NCBI GenBank assembly: GCA_038322845.1 | Contig: JBBQGH010000003.1 | Location: forward strand, 2,130-66,129 | Direction: 5' to 3' | DNA: 64,000 bases | Origin: Gammaproteobacteria bacterium | GTDB lineage: Bacteria; Pseudomonadota; Gammaproteobacteria; Burkholderiales; Rhodocyclaceae | Notes under the pieces: generated by a model | What the model saw: the letters and a program-made list of their open reading frames with translations, nothing else | What the model was told of the DNA's origin: nothing | Databases searched by the model: none | In this document: positions 29,452-38,851 of the stretch, in pieces | How positions within the stretch are numbered: the stretch's first letter is position 1 | How the letters are laid out: each line of letters opens with the position of its first letter | Translations under genes and position numbers: made by a program

Positions 29452-31440
29452 TTAGATTTGTTCCTTATTCAACATCGCACGCATCTGCGCTAGGCGCGCG
29501 GTGCCGGTAGCATGATCCGCCGGCTGGTCCTGGCCACGGCCGGATATCTTGAGATCGTCGCCCATCTCAGCAATAAAACGGCTAGGTTCGCATGCGCGCC
29601 ACTCCTTGCCACTCTTGCGCTTTTCGCAATAGCTGATGTGCAGGCTGCGCTCGGCGCGGGTGATCCCCACGTACATTAAGCGACGCTCCTCCTCGATGCC
29701 GCCGGCCTCAACCGATTCGCGATGCGGCAGCAAGCCCTCTTCCATGCCGACCAAAAATACGTGCTTGAACTCCAGACCCTTCGCGGCATGCAGGGTCGCC
29801 AGTTGTACTTGGTCTGCGCTCTCATCGGATTTGTCGAGCAGCGAAATCAGTGCGACGGTTTGCGTGAGCTCTGCCAGCTTCTTGTCGTCGTCTTCCCCCT
29901 TCTTCGAGAGCCATTCGATGAAATCACGCACGTTGGCCCATTTGGTTTCCGCTTCGCGCAGGTCGAAGCTGTCGAACAACCAGGCTTCATAGCGGATGGC
30001 GTTTAGCAAGTCATCTAGCACCTGGCGCGCCGGCTCGCGCTGGGCGCGCCATTCCAGCTTGTTAATAAACACGCCAAATTCAAGCAAGGCTTCGAGCTGC
30101 TTCGGATTGACATGACTCGCCGCGCCGGCTTCGAAGGCGGCGGCAAAAAGAGAGAGATGGCGCGTGCCAGCGTAGCGGCCAAGCGCTTCCAGTGTCGTGC
30201 TGCCGACACCACGACGCGGCGTCGTGACGGCGCGGATGAAAGCCGGATCGTCATCCGCATTGGCAATCAGGCGCAAGTACGCAATGAGGTCCTTGATTTC
30301 CGCCTTCTCGAAAAACGACTGGCCGCCGGACAGCGCGTAGGCAATTTTCTGATTGCGCAATTGCTGCTCGAAGCCGCGCGCCTGATGGTTGCCACGATAG
30401 AGAATGGCGTAGTCACCCCATTTGCCGCGATGCTCGAAGTGGTGCGCGACGAGCTTCATCACCACCTGCTCCGCTTCCTGCTCATTGTCGCGCGCCGCCG
30501 TTACCTGGATCAGATCTCCCTGGCCGTGCTCGGACCACAGCCGCTTCTCGAAAAGCTTGGTGTTGTTGCCGATGAGCGCGTTGGCGGCCTTGAGGATGCG
30601 CGTCGTAGAACGGTAGTTCTGCTCCAGCTTGATGACTTTAAGCTGAGGATAATCCGTTTGCAGCGTGCGCAGATTTTCCACATCTGCGCCGCGCCAGGCG
30701 TAGATGGCCTGGTCGTCGTCGCCCACGGCCGTGAAAGCGGCGCGCGGGCCGGCCAGTTGCCGCAGCAACTGATACTGCGTGCGGTTGGTGTCCTGATACT
30801 CATCGACCAGCAGATAACGCAGCCGGCCCTGCCAGCGCGTCAGCGCTTCGCCGTCTTGCTCGAAGAGGCGCACCGGCAAGCGCAACAAGTCGTCGAAATC
30901 CACTGCCTGATAAGCGCGCAAAGCCTGATCGTAGCCCGTATAGAGGCGTGCGGCGGCGTGTTCCAGTTCGTCTTGAGCCAGCGAGAGAGCAGCTTCCGGC
31001 TCAACAAGTGCGCTCTTCCAGCCGGAGATGCGCCACTGCAAAAGTTTCACGCGGCCTTTGTCGGCGTCCTTGGCGAGATCGGCAATGATGCCCGCACTGT
31101 CCGCAGCATCAAAAATGGAGAACTGCGGCTTCAAACCCAGCAGCTTGGCTTCCAGCCGCAGGATACGCATGCCCAGCGAATGGAAGGTCGAAACGTTGAG
31201 CGACGAGAGCGACTTGCCGGGCAGGAGCTTGCTGGCGCGATCGCGCATTTCCTTCGCCGCCTTGTTGGTGAAGGTGATGGCGGCGATGTGCGCGGGATTA
31301 AAGCCGCACTGCTCGATGAGATAAGCGACCTTCTGCGTAATGACACGCGTCTTCCCCGAGCCGGCACCGGCCAGCACCAGCAAAGGACCATCGAGATATT
31401 TGACTGCTTCGCGCTGCGGGGGATTCAGTGTGGCTAACAT
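29452..31440 (-). CDS. rep: ATP-dependent DNA helicase Rep (UvrD family)
   Basis: LAGAGSGKTRVIT, LVDEYQDTN, GDDDQAIY and EEERRLMYVGITRA motifs. Confidence 0.9.
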   Translation of the reverse strand: MLATLNPPQREAVKYLDGPLLVLAGAGSGKTRVITQKVAYLIEQCGFNPAHIAAITFTNKAAKEMRDRASKLLPGKSLSSLNVSTFHSLGMRILRLEAKLLGLKPQFSIFDAADSAGIIADLAKDADKGRVKLLQWRISGWKSALVEPEAALSLAQDELEHAAARLYTGYDQALRAYQAVDFDDLLRLPVRLFEQDGEALTRWQGRLRYLLVDEYQDTNRTQYQLLRQLAGPRAAFTAVGDDDQAIYAWRGADVENLRTLQTDYPQLKVIKLEQNYRSTTRILKAANALIGNNTKLFEKRLWSEHGQGDLIQVTAARDNEQEAEQVVMKLVAHHFEHRGKWGDYAILYRGNHQARGFEQQLRNQKIAYALSGGQSFFEKAEIKDLIAYLRLIANADDDPAFIRAVTTPRRGVGSTTLEALGRYAGTRHLSLFAAAFEAGAASHVNPKQLEALLEFGVFINKLEWRAQREPARQVLDDLLNAIRYEAWLFDSFDLREAETKWANVRDFIEWLSKKGEDDDKKLAELTQTVALISLLDKSDESADQVQLATLHAAKGLEFKHVFLVGMEEGLLPHRESVEAGGIEEERRLMYVGITRAERSLHISYCEKRKSGKEWRACEPSRFIAEMGDDLKISGRGQDQPADHATGTARLAQMRAMLNKEQI

Positions 31441-31474
31441 TCGATGCTACGAAAAATGCTTGACCGCGTATGGG

Positions 31475-31633
31475 CACAAATACACGCAAATACACGCGGA
31501 TGAACGCGGATTAAAAGCGCTGGCGAATTTCAGTGGTTATTAATTTCGGTGATTACGTCGGGGCTGGAACGGCCTATCAAACAACATCGCCTTTATCTAA
31601 GTTCATCCGCGCTTATCTGCGTCAATCTGCGGC
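31475..31633. repeat. 9-nt-period inverted-array element between divergent rep and tlpA
   Basis: Left CACAAATACACGCAAATACACGCGGATGAACGCGGATT; right TTCATCCGCGCTTATCTGCGTCAATCTGCGGC. Confidence 0.7.
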
Positions 31634-31669
31634 AAGGTTTTTACTACAAAACGCCAGACACCCGTCGAG

Positions 31670-32257
31670 ATGACAAGCAGCAGCAAAAAACCCACAATAG
31701 GACGCATGGAAGCCCTACCGGGAACACCCGCGGAAACACCCGCAGTCGGCCGTTCGAAAGCCCGCACCGCTGCTATCATTTTGGCGATCGCTGCCGCGCT
31801 AGTCGCGACGGGGATTTTTATTCTCTCACAGAAGCCCGCCGCGCCAGAAGCCAGCTTCGTCACCCTGAGCGGTGAAGCCATACACACCAAAGATTTGCGC
31901 GGTAAAGTCGTGCTGGTGAATTTCTGGGCCACCAGTTGCACCGTCTGCATGCACGAGATGCCGCGCCTGATTGAGACCCACAAAAAATTCGCGCCCCGCG
32001 GCTTTGAGACCATTGCCGTCGCCATGAGCTACGACCCGCCCAACTACGTGCTCGACTACAGCAAACGTCACGCCTTACCGTTCCGCGTGGCACTCGATCA
32101 AATGGGCGAACTGGCGCGACGCTTCGGCGACGTACGGGTCACACCCACCACCTTCCTCATCGACAAGCAGGGCCGCATCGCGCGGCAGTTTCGTGGCGAG
32201 CCGGACTTCACCCAGCTCGATGGCATGATCGATGCACTCCTCAAGGAGCCAACATGA
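31670..32257 (+). CDS. TlpA-like disulfide reductase
   Basis: GKVVLVNFWATSCTVC (CxxC) and TPTTFLIDKQG. Confidence 0.88.
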   Translation: MTSSSKKPTIGRMEALPGTPAETPAVGRSKARTAAIILAIAAALVATGIFILSQKPAAPEASFVTLSGEAIHTKDLRGKVVLVNFWATSCTVCMHEMPRLIETHKKFAPRGFETIAVAMSYDPPNYVLDYSKRHALPFRVALDQMGELARRFGDVRVTPTTFLIDKQGRIARQFRGEPDFTQLDGMIDALLKEPT

Positions 32258-32787
32258 GCGGATTGAGCTTTAAGCAATATTTCATCTATCAGGCCGACTA
32301 TCAGCACTGGGCCCACCAGGTTCTCTTCGAATGCCTGGACCGTCTCGACCCTACGGCTCTGATGGAGCCGCAGGGGCTCTACTTCAACACCATCCACCAC
32401 ACCGTCGATCACATCGTGGTCGTGGCGGAACTTTGGCGGCTGAGGCTGCAAGGCGAACATCCCCTACCCGACATGATGCGCATCCACCATCCCGATTGGC
32501 GCGAACTCAAAAAAGCCTTGCAAGTCGAGATGCACGAACTGCAACATTGGCTGGAACTCCAGCCTGACAGCTACTTCGATTCCGAAGTGAGTTACCGCAG
32601 CATGGACGGCAAAGAAAGACGCAACTGGGTGCGCGACATCCTCACCCACATGATGACCCACATGGCCCACCACCGCGGCCAGGTCTCAGGCGCCGCGACA
32701 CAACTAGGCGCGCCGGCGGCGGAGATGGACTACATCTACTACAAGCGCTCGGTGGATAGTGCGTTGGAGCAGACGAGGAAGGGATAG
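32254..32787 (+). CDS. DinB family protein
   Basis: FNTIHHTVDHI and HMMTHMAHHRGQ His motifs. Confidence 0.85.
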   Translation: MSGLSFKQYFIYQADYQHWAHQVLFECLDRLDPTALMEPQGLYFNTIHHTVDHIVVVAELWRLRLQGEHPLPDMMRIHHPDWRELKKALQVEMHELQHWLELQPDSYFDSEVSYRSMDGKERRNWVRDILTHMMTHMAHHRGQVSGAATQLGAPAAEMDYIYYKRSVDSALEQTRKG

Positions 32788-32815
32788 TGCAAAAAGGCCC
32801 GCGTACAAAGCAATC

Positions 32816-33082
32816 TCAGTGACTTTGCAACTTCTCTTTCAACCACACCTTGATCAACGACTGGTACGGCACGTCGCGCGAGTTTGCGGCAGCCTTGATC
32901 GAATCGAGCAAGTGTTGTGGTAATCGCAATGAAATAGTCTTGGTGGTCGGCTTGAGATTGGGCAGCACAACCCGCTGACCCTTACTCCAATCGACATACT
33001 CCGACGAGTCGTGCTTCTCCCAGAATGCCCGCTCTTCGGCTTCGCTGCGAAACTTGGGTATCGCTTTAAGTCTCTTGTTCAT
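32816..33082 (-). CDS. brnA: BrnA-like antitoxin (ribbon-helix-helix/CopG-like)
   Basis: IPKFRSEAEERAFW...TISLRLP...VPYQSLIK; overlaps brnT. Confidence 0.8.
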   Translation of the reverse strand: MNKRLKAIPKFRSEAEERAFWEKHDSSEYVDWSKGQRVVLPNLKPTTKTISLRLPQHLLDSIKAAANSRDVPYQSLIKVWLKEKLQSH

Positions 33083-33365
33083 AAATCCTCCGCTCCTTGC
33101 GATGCATGTCACGCGCCGAGATCACGCGTATTGACTCACCAGCACGGCGCAAAGTGAAAGTGATGTGCAACAGCCGGTCTTCATCGGTCCTGCCCAAGGC
33201 GTGGTAACGAGGCTCGCGCTGGCTATATTCAATGTCGGCCAACAATAACAGCGGCGCATTAAAAAACACTTGCTCCGCTTCCGCTTGGGACACGCCGTGC
33301 GACTCGTTCTTGCTGGCGTTGCCGTCGTCCCAATCGAACCCGGTGATCTTCCCCAGATCAATCAT
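33066..33365 (-). CDS. brnT: BrnT family toxin
   Basis: FDWDDGNASKNESHGVSQAEAEQVF...RVISARDM motif. Confidence 0.87.
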   Translation of the reverse strand: MIDLGKITGFDWDDGNASKNESHGVSQAEAEQVFFNAPLLLLADIEYSQREPRYHALGRTDEDRLLHITFTLRRAGESIRVISARDMHRKERRIYEQET

Positions 33366-33368
33366 TTT

Positions 33369-33401
33369 TGTATATTATAACCATATACACATTAACGCAA
33401 G
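33369..33401 (-). promoter_or_regulatory. Sigma70-like promoter with palindromic operator for brnTA
   Basis: TATAAT at 33379-33374 (minus) lies inside the inverted repeat TGTATAT-N7-ATATACA; TTGCG-like -35 near 33400. Confidence 0.6.
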
Positions 33402-33556
33402 CCATTGCTAGGAGTGGCGCTTCAGCGCAGTTATATCAGTCACGCTAGAGGTCTAACTGCCGGAGAAATATCGGCACCATACCCTCTGCCTGAATATCTC
33501 AGTAGATTGGGTTCTGGAAATGAAGAGCCCCTTCCACAACAAATGTGCTAAAGATT

Positions 33557-34516
33557 TCATTTTCCAACCCCCGCGCCACGCGCCTGCTGATCGGCGTGGT
33601 AGCTAGACCTCACCATGGGGCCGCAGGCGGCATGGGAAAACCCCAGGGCTTGGGCTTCGCCTTCGAACATTTTGAAGATATCGGGATGGGGGTAGCGCAG
33701 CACTGGCAGATGGTGTCCTGAGGGGGCGAGGTACTGGCCCAGAGTGAGCATTTCTACGGCGTGGGCGCGCAGGTCACGCATCACCTCGAGAATTTCCTCG
33801 TCGGTTTCGCCCAGGCCCAGCATGAGGCCGGACTTGGTGGGCACGTTGGTGTTGCGCGCCTTGAACTCCTGCAGGAGTTTGAGTGAGTGAGCGTAGTCGG
33901 CGCCGGGGCGTGCCTGTTTGTAGAGGCGCGGCACGGTTTCGAGGTTGTGGTTGAAGACATCTGGCGGCGTGCTGCCAAGGATATCGAGCGCTACTTCCAT
34001 GCGGCCGCGAAAGTCCGGCACCAGCACCTCGATCTGCGTGGTGGGCGAAGCGGCGCGCACGGCGCGGATGCAGTCGGCAAAGTGCTGGGCGCCGCCATCA
34101 CGCAGATCGTCTCTGTCTACGCTGGTGATCACGACGTATTTGAGTTTCATCGCGGCGATGGTGCGCGCTAGATTTTCTGGCTCATTGCTGTCCGGCGGCA
34201 AAGGGCGGCCGTGGCCCACGTCGCAAAAGGGGCAACGGCGCGTGCAGAGGTCGCCGAGGATCATAAAGGTGGCAGTGCCGTTGCCGAAGCACTCACCGAT
34301 GTTGGGGCAGGAGGCTTCTTCGCACACGGTGTGCAGCCCGGCTTCGCGCAGGATGCGCTTCACTTCGCCGTAGCGCGAGAGATCGTTGCCGGCTTTGACG
34401 CGTATCCAGTCAGGCTTTTTCAAGCGCTCGACTGCCACGATCTTGATGGTGGTTTTGCCGTAGGCACGCGCGGTCTTCGCTTCGCCTTTTTGCTTGATCG
34501 GATTTTCAGTATTCAT
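33557..34516 (-). CDS. lipA: Lipoyl synthase
   Basis: [20 protein letters not shown] and RSSYHA motifs. Confidence 0.95.
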   Translation of the reverse strand: MNTENPIKQKGEAKTARAYGKTTIKIVAVERLKKPDWIRVKAGNDLSRYGEVKRILREAGLHTVCEEASCPNIGECFGNGTATFMILGDLCTRRCPFCDVGHGRPLPPDSNEPENLARTIAAMKLKYVVITSVDRDDLRDGGAQHFADCIRAVRAASPTTQIEVLVPDFRGRMEVALDILGSTPPDVFNHNLETVPRLYKQARPGADYAHSLKLLQEFKARNTNVPTKSGLMLGLGETDEEILEVMRDLRAHAVEMLTLGQYLAPSGHHLPVLRYPHPDIFKMFEGEAQALGFSHAACGPMVRSSYHADQQARGAGVGK

Positions 34517-35174
34517 TTTCCAGATTCCGCGCCAGATGCGCCGCGAGTACTTCTCCCGCCGTGCGAGTATCGAGATCAACGCCGAGATCGCGTAACTGAG
34601 TGACGCGCATACCGGCATAGCCACAGGGATTGATCGCCGTAAACGGCGCCAGTTCCATATCCACATTGAGCGCGATGCCGTGGTAGCAGCAGCCGCCCTT
34701 CACGCGTAAACCCAGCGCAGCGATTTTGGCGCCGGCCACATACACGCCGGGCGCACCGCTCAGGCGCTCGCCGTGCAAGCCGTAGTCAGCAAGCGTAGCG
34801 ATGGCGGCCTGCTCAATGTAGCGCACCAGTTCGCGCACCTTGAGCCCACGCCGTGTTAGGTTGAGCAGCAGATAGACCACCGCCTGTCCGGGGCCGTGAT
34901 AGGTAATCTGCCCGCCTCGATCCGTTTTCACAACGGGAATATCCGTCGCGCGCAGCAGATGCTCGGTTTTGCCGGCGAGACCCAGTGTATAGATCGGCGG
35001 GTGTTCGACCAGCCACAATTCGTCCGGCGTGTTGCTATCGCGGGTCGCAGAAAACGCCTGCATGGCGCGCCAGGTTGGTTCGTAGTCGACTAAGCCTGAA
35101 CGGCGGACGAGCAGCGCAGGAAGCTGTTGCGCACACGATGATTCGCTTAGCAGGGCTTGCCCTTCGCTCCTCAT
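34506..35174 (-). CDS. lipB: Lipoyl(octanoyl) transferase
   Basis: [22 protein letters not shown] and INPCG motifs. Confidence 0.93.
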   Translation of the reverse strand: MRSEGQALLSESSCAQQLPALLVRRSGLVDYEPTWRAMQAFSATRDSNTPDELWLVEHPPIYTLGLAGKTEHLLRATDIPVVKTDRGGQITYHGPGQAVVYLLLNLTRRGLKVRELVRYIEQAAIATLADYGLHGERLSGAPGVYVAGAKIAALGLRVKGGCCYHGIALNVDMELAPFTAINPCGYAGMRVTQLRDLGVDLDTRTAGEVLAAHLARNLENEY

Positions 35175-35446
35175 AGCACAACAGAAACCAGCGGATGGCT
35201 CGACAACTCTCGGTACAGCGCATCAAGCTGCTCACGCGAGCGCGCCGTGATGGTGCACGTCAGTCCGATGTAATTGCCTTTGGTGCTAGGCCGCATAACG
35301 ATGCTGGCGGCATCGAAATCTGGCGCGTGGCGCAGCACGACTTCGAGTACTGCCTGAGCGAATCCGTCTTTCGAGCGGCCCATTACCTTGATGGGAAACT
35401 CAGAAGGAAATTCCAGCAGGGACTTTTCGTCAGCCATGACTCGCAC
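35171..35446 (-). CDS. ybeD: YbeD/DUF493 family protein
   Basis: LLEFPSEFPIKVMG...HPLVSVVL; synteny with lipB. Confidence 0.87.
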   Translation of the reverse strand: MRVMADEKSLLEFPSEFPIKVMGRSKDGFAQAVLEVVLRHAPDFDAASIVMRPSTKGNYIGLTCTITARSREQLDALYRELSSHPLVSVVL

Positions 35447-36322
35447 TCACTTGGCGACCAGCATGCCACGCATTACGGTGGCCTTGAATTCCTGATACCA
35501 GCGGAACATCTCAGCGTACATCGGCCCGGGTTTGCCACGATGCGCGGCGTGGCCGACCGCCTCGCCGTCTAGTAGCGTGATGGGCAGCACTTCCTTGGTG
35601 GAGGAGGTGAGCCAGACTTCGTCAGCGTTGCGCAGATCGTTCTCGGTGACATCGCGCACATCGACGCGCAAACCGTGTTGTTGGGCCAATTCCAGCACCA
35701 CATCGTAGGTAATGCCGGGCAGCATCAAATGGTTTTTGAGGGGTGCAACCAGCACACCGTCTTTCACGATAAAAATATTCGAGGCGGCCCCCTCAGTCAT
35801 GCAGCCATCACGCAGCAAGAGTGTTTCGACGCAGCCGGCATCCACCGCGAGCTGTCTCAGCAGGCAGTTGGCGAGCAGCGAGGTGGCCTTGAGATCGCAG
35901 CGCAGCCAGCGGTTATCCGCCGCGGTGACGGCAGCAACGCCGGTTTCGCGCAAGCTGGCGGGCGGCGTCGGCAACGCTTCCGACATAATGAATACGGTGG
36001 GCGCTAGGTTGGCCGGAAAGGCGTGATTGCGCTTGGTGTCTGCGCCCCGCGTAATTTGCAGGTAGACCGATTGGTCTTGCGGCGCATTGCGCGCGATGAT
36101 TTCCTCGATCAGCCACGCCCACTCGGCCTCACTGTGCGGATTGGTCAAGCGTATGCCATCAAGGCTGTGCTGCAAACGGCGCAGATGCTCGCTCAGACGA
36201 AAAGGCCGGCGCGAGTAAACGGGGATCACTTCGTACACGCCGTCACCGAAGAGAAAGCCGCGGTCCATGACCGAAACCTTGGCATCGGCAATGGGCATGA
36301 ATTCGCCCTTAAGATAAATCAC
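35447..36322 (-). CDS. dat: D-amino acid aminotransferase (class IV)
   Basis: DRGFLFGDGVYE, DLKATSLL, EGAASN and LPGIT motifs. Confidence 0.87.
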   Translation of the reverse strand: MIYLKGEFMPIADAKVSVMDRGFLFGDGVYEVIPVYSRRPFRLSEHLRRLQHSLDGIRLTNPHSEAEWAWLIEEIIARNAPQDQSVYLQITRGADTKRNHAFPANLAPTVFIMSEALPTPPASLRETGVAAVTAADNRWLRCDLKATSLLANCLLRQLAVDAGCVETLLLRDGCMTEGAASNIFIVKDGVLVAPLKNHLMLPGITYDVVLELAQQHGLRVDVRDVTENDLRNADEVWLTSSTKEVLPITLLDGEAVGHAAHRGKPGPMYAEMFRWYQEFKATVMRGMLVAK

Positions 36323-36362
36323 GGTAAATCACACTAGAGTATTTCAGCGAAATTTCTGCGCG

Positions 36363-37487
36363 TTAGTTGAACCACAATCTCATCGTGTCCCATGCGCGAC
36401 CGAAGATGCCGGCGACCGGCACTGCTTCCAGCGCCACCACCGAATAGTCGCCATACGGCTTGTCGTCCAGCGTCAGCTTGAGCGTGCCGACAACCTGGCC
36501 TGCTTGCACAGGTGCAAGCAGAGGCTGACGGCTTTCGAGCGAGGCCTTGACCTTGCCCACCATACCCTTAGGCAGAGAGAGGGTGAAGTCTTCGAGGAAG
36601 CCCGCCTTAACCAGATTCTGCGCGCCTTTCCAGACCCTCAATTGCGACACCGCTTGATTTTTTTCATAGAGCCGCACGGCATCGAAGAATTGAAAACCGA
36701 AGTTAAGTAGCTTCTGCGACTCCTGCGCGCGCAGAGTGTCAGAAGCGGTGCCCATCATCACCGTGAGCAAACGACGCGTACCCCGCTTCGCGGATGCAAT
36801 GAGACAGAAGCCGGCGTTTTCGGTGTGGCCGGTCTTCATGCCATCGACCGTAGCGTCCTGCCACAGCAGGCGATTGCGATTGGGTTGGGAGATGCGGTTG
36901 TAGGTGTATTCCTTGAGCGAATAGAGCGGGTAGTACTCAGGAAAGTCGCGGATCAGCGCAGCGGCCATCGTGGCGAGATCACGCGCGGTGGAATAGTGCT
37001 GCGGATCGGACAATCCGGTGGAACTCACGAAATGCGTGTTTTTGAGGCCCAGGCGCTGCGCTTCACGGTTCATCAACTGGACGAAATTGTCTTCGCTGCC
37101 GGCCACCGCCTCCGCCAGTGCGACGCAGGCGTCGTTGCCGGATTGCACAATAACGCCGTGCATCAGCTCGTCGACGGTGACGGGCTTGTTAGGCTCGATG
37201 AACATGCGCGAGCCTTGAGTCTTCCAGGCGCGCTCGGAAACCGCCACCGTCTGGTTGAGCTGCAAGGATTTTTGCTTTAACGCAGCGAACACCAGGTAAG
37301 CCGTCATGAGCTTGGTGAGCGAAGCGGGCTCGACACGCTCATCCGGCATGTAACTCGCCAACGGCTGGCCCGTGGCGTAATCCATCAACAGCCAGGATTT
37401 CGCGGCAAGCGTGGGTGCCTGCGGCTGCAACTGCGCATGCGCAAACGCGGCGAGGAATAATGAGAGGAGGAACGCGAGTGTTCTCAT
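36363..37487 (-). CDS. dacC: D-alanyl-D-alanine carboxypeptidase (PBP5/6)
   Basis: SLTK (SxxK), SGN and KTG motifs. Confidence 0.9.
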   Translation of the reverse strand: MRTLAFLLSLFLAAFAHAQLQPQAPTLAAKSWLLMDYATGQPLASYMPDERVEPASLTKLMTAYLVFAALKQKSLQLNQTVAVSERAWKTQGSRMFIEPNKPVTVDELMHGVIVQSGNDACVALAEAVAGSEDNFVQLMNREAQRLGLKNTHFVSSTGLSDPQHYSTARDLATMAAALIRDFPEYYPLYSLKEYTYNRISQPNRNRLLWQDATVDGMKTGHTENAGFCLIASAKRGTRRLLTVMMGTASDTLRAQESQKLLNFGFQFFDAVRLYEKNQAVSQLRVWKGAQNLVKAGFLEDFTLSLPKGMVGKVKASLESRQPLLAPVQAGQVVGTLKLTLDDKPYGDYSVVALEAVPVAGIFGRAWDTMRLWFN

Positions 37488-37559
37488 GGGGAAGTGTTAC
37501 CGCTATTGCGAGTTCGAAAGAAATTATACCGTCGGGACCGAGCTAGGCTTCTAGAAGGT

Positions 37560-37639
37560 ACTATGGTCTGTTCATAATTATTCTTACGGCGCGAAAAATA
37601 ACTATGAACAGACCCTAGTGCTATGAACAGACCCTAGTG
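37560..37639. mobile_element. Miniature inverted-repeat element / IS-end remnant
   Basis: 17-bp inverted repeats (37560-37576 and 37603-37619, 16/17 match) plus a tandem duplicate of the right end, CTATGAACAGACCCTAGTG x2. Confidence 0.55.
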
Positions 37640-37675
37640 TAGTGCTGCATCCTTGATAGAACATTTTTAAAAACA

Positions 37676-37754
37676 TGTATCATTCCCGCGCAGGCGGGAA
37701 TCCAGCGACGTGCCACCCCGAAGACACTGGAGCCCCACCTTCGCGGGGACGACA
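37676..37754. repeat. Inverted REP pair (REPIN-like, CGTC-type hairpins)
   Basis: TCATTCCCGCGCAGGCGGGAATCCAG ... CTGGAGCCCCACCTTCGCGGGGACGAC. Confidence 0.75.
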
Positions 37755-37795
37755 AAACCTGAGTTTATAAGCAGCACTTTGCATGCAACACCACA

Positions 37796-38851
37796 TCAGC
37801 GCTGAACCACAAAGGGCTTGAAGTCCAGCGTATCGCGTATCTTGTTGGCGACCCGCTTGGCTTCTTGCGCATCCGCGAAAGGCCCGAGCTGGACGCGATA
37901 CGTGCCGCCCTTGGGCTGTATCTGCAAGGTGCCGGAAAGCCCGGAAACCTGCTCCGCGACGCGAGCGCGGAAACTCTCGGCGTTGTCCTGACTAGCAAAA
38001 GCGCCCAGTTGCAGGAAGATGCCGCGCAGCTCGGCCACCGTAGGCACCGGTGGTTCGGGCGTAGGCGCGTCAGACTTGGCGTCGATCTGCGCGGCGGCCA
38101 TGGTGAGCTCGGCGAGCGGATCGGCCGCCAGCAGCGGATTACTGCGGGCGCCGGCGAGCAGCGTATCACCCGGCTGCACCACTTCGACTTCCACCATCGC
38201 GCTGCCGTTGCCCACATAGCCGAGCTTATAGGCGGCTGTGTAGGACAGATCGATTAGGCGGCCAGAGTGAAAAGGTCCGCGATCATTGACGCGCACGATG
38301 ACGGATTTTCCATTGGCGATGTTGGTGACGCGCACGTAGCAGGGTATAGGCAGCGTGGTATGCGCCGCTGTCATGCCGTACATGTCATAGATTTCGCCGT
38401 TGGAGGTCTTCTGGCCGTGGAATTTTCGCCCATACCAACTGCCGATGCCGCTCGCCTTGTAGGGCTTCAACTCCTTCATCGGCACGTAATCGCGGCCCAG
38501 CACCGAGTAGGGCTTGGTCGTGGCGCGGTTCAAGGGCTCGACCCGCGGCTCGGCGTCGGGGATGGCGTCGATATTTTCCGGCGCGTTGTCACCCGGACCG
38601 TCATCCATGTAATAGCCACCGCCTTTTTTGAGCGTGTAGAGCGGCTTGGATAACGCCACTTTCGGCGCAGGCGCTTTCACCACCGGTTCAGGCGCAGAAG
38701 GCCGTGGCAGGGGCGAGCTACAGGAGGCCAGCAAGAACAAGGCAAAAGCAGCCGCGGATTGCACGGATAAACGCGGATGATCCAAAAAAATTCCGCGTTT
38801 ATCTGCGCAATCCGTGCAATCCGCGGCAAAGACTTTTTTGATTTTGTTCAC
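37796..38851 (-). CDS. rlpA: Septal ring lytic transglycosylase RlpA (DPBB + SPOR)
   Basis: GIGSWYGRKFHG, TAAHTTLP, VRVNDRGPF and SPOR LQLGAF motifs; GTG start overlaps the rodA stop; lipobox LASC at residues 41-44. Confidence 0.9.
   Translation of the reverse strand: MNKIKKVFAADCTDCADKRGIFLDHPRLSVQSAAAFALFLLASCSSPLPRPSAPEPVVKAPAPKVALSKPLYTLKKGGGYYMDDGPGDNAPENIDAIPDAEPRVEPLNRATTKPYSVLGRDYVPMKELKPYKASGIGSWYGRKFHGQKTSNGEIYDMYGMTAAHTTLPIPCYVRVTNIANGKSVIVRVNDRGPFHSGRLIDLSYTAAYKLGYVGNGSAMVEVEVVQPGDTLLAGARSNPLLAADPLAELTMAAAQIDAKSDAPTPEPPVPTVAELRGIFLQLGAFASQDNAESFRARVAEQVSGLSGTLQIQPKGGTYRVQLGPFADAQEAKRVANKIRDTLDFKPFVVQR
38751..38827. repeat. 9-nt-period palindromic element inside the rlpA 5' coding region
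   Basis: Perfect 18-bp terminal inverted repeats GCCGCGGATTGCACGGAT / ATCCGTGCAATCCGCGGC, with inner AAACGCGGA / TCCGCGTTT. Confidence 0.85.

Noticed and set aside
37602-37639. Possible CRISPR repeat
   Set aside because: Only two 19-bp units directly abutting, with no spacer and no cas genes; better explained as a duplicated element end.
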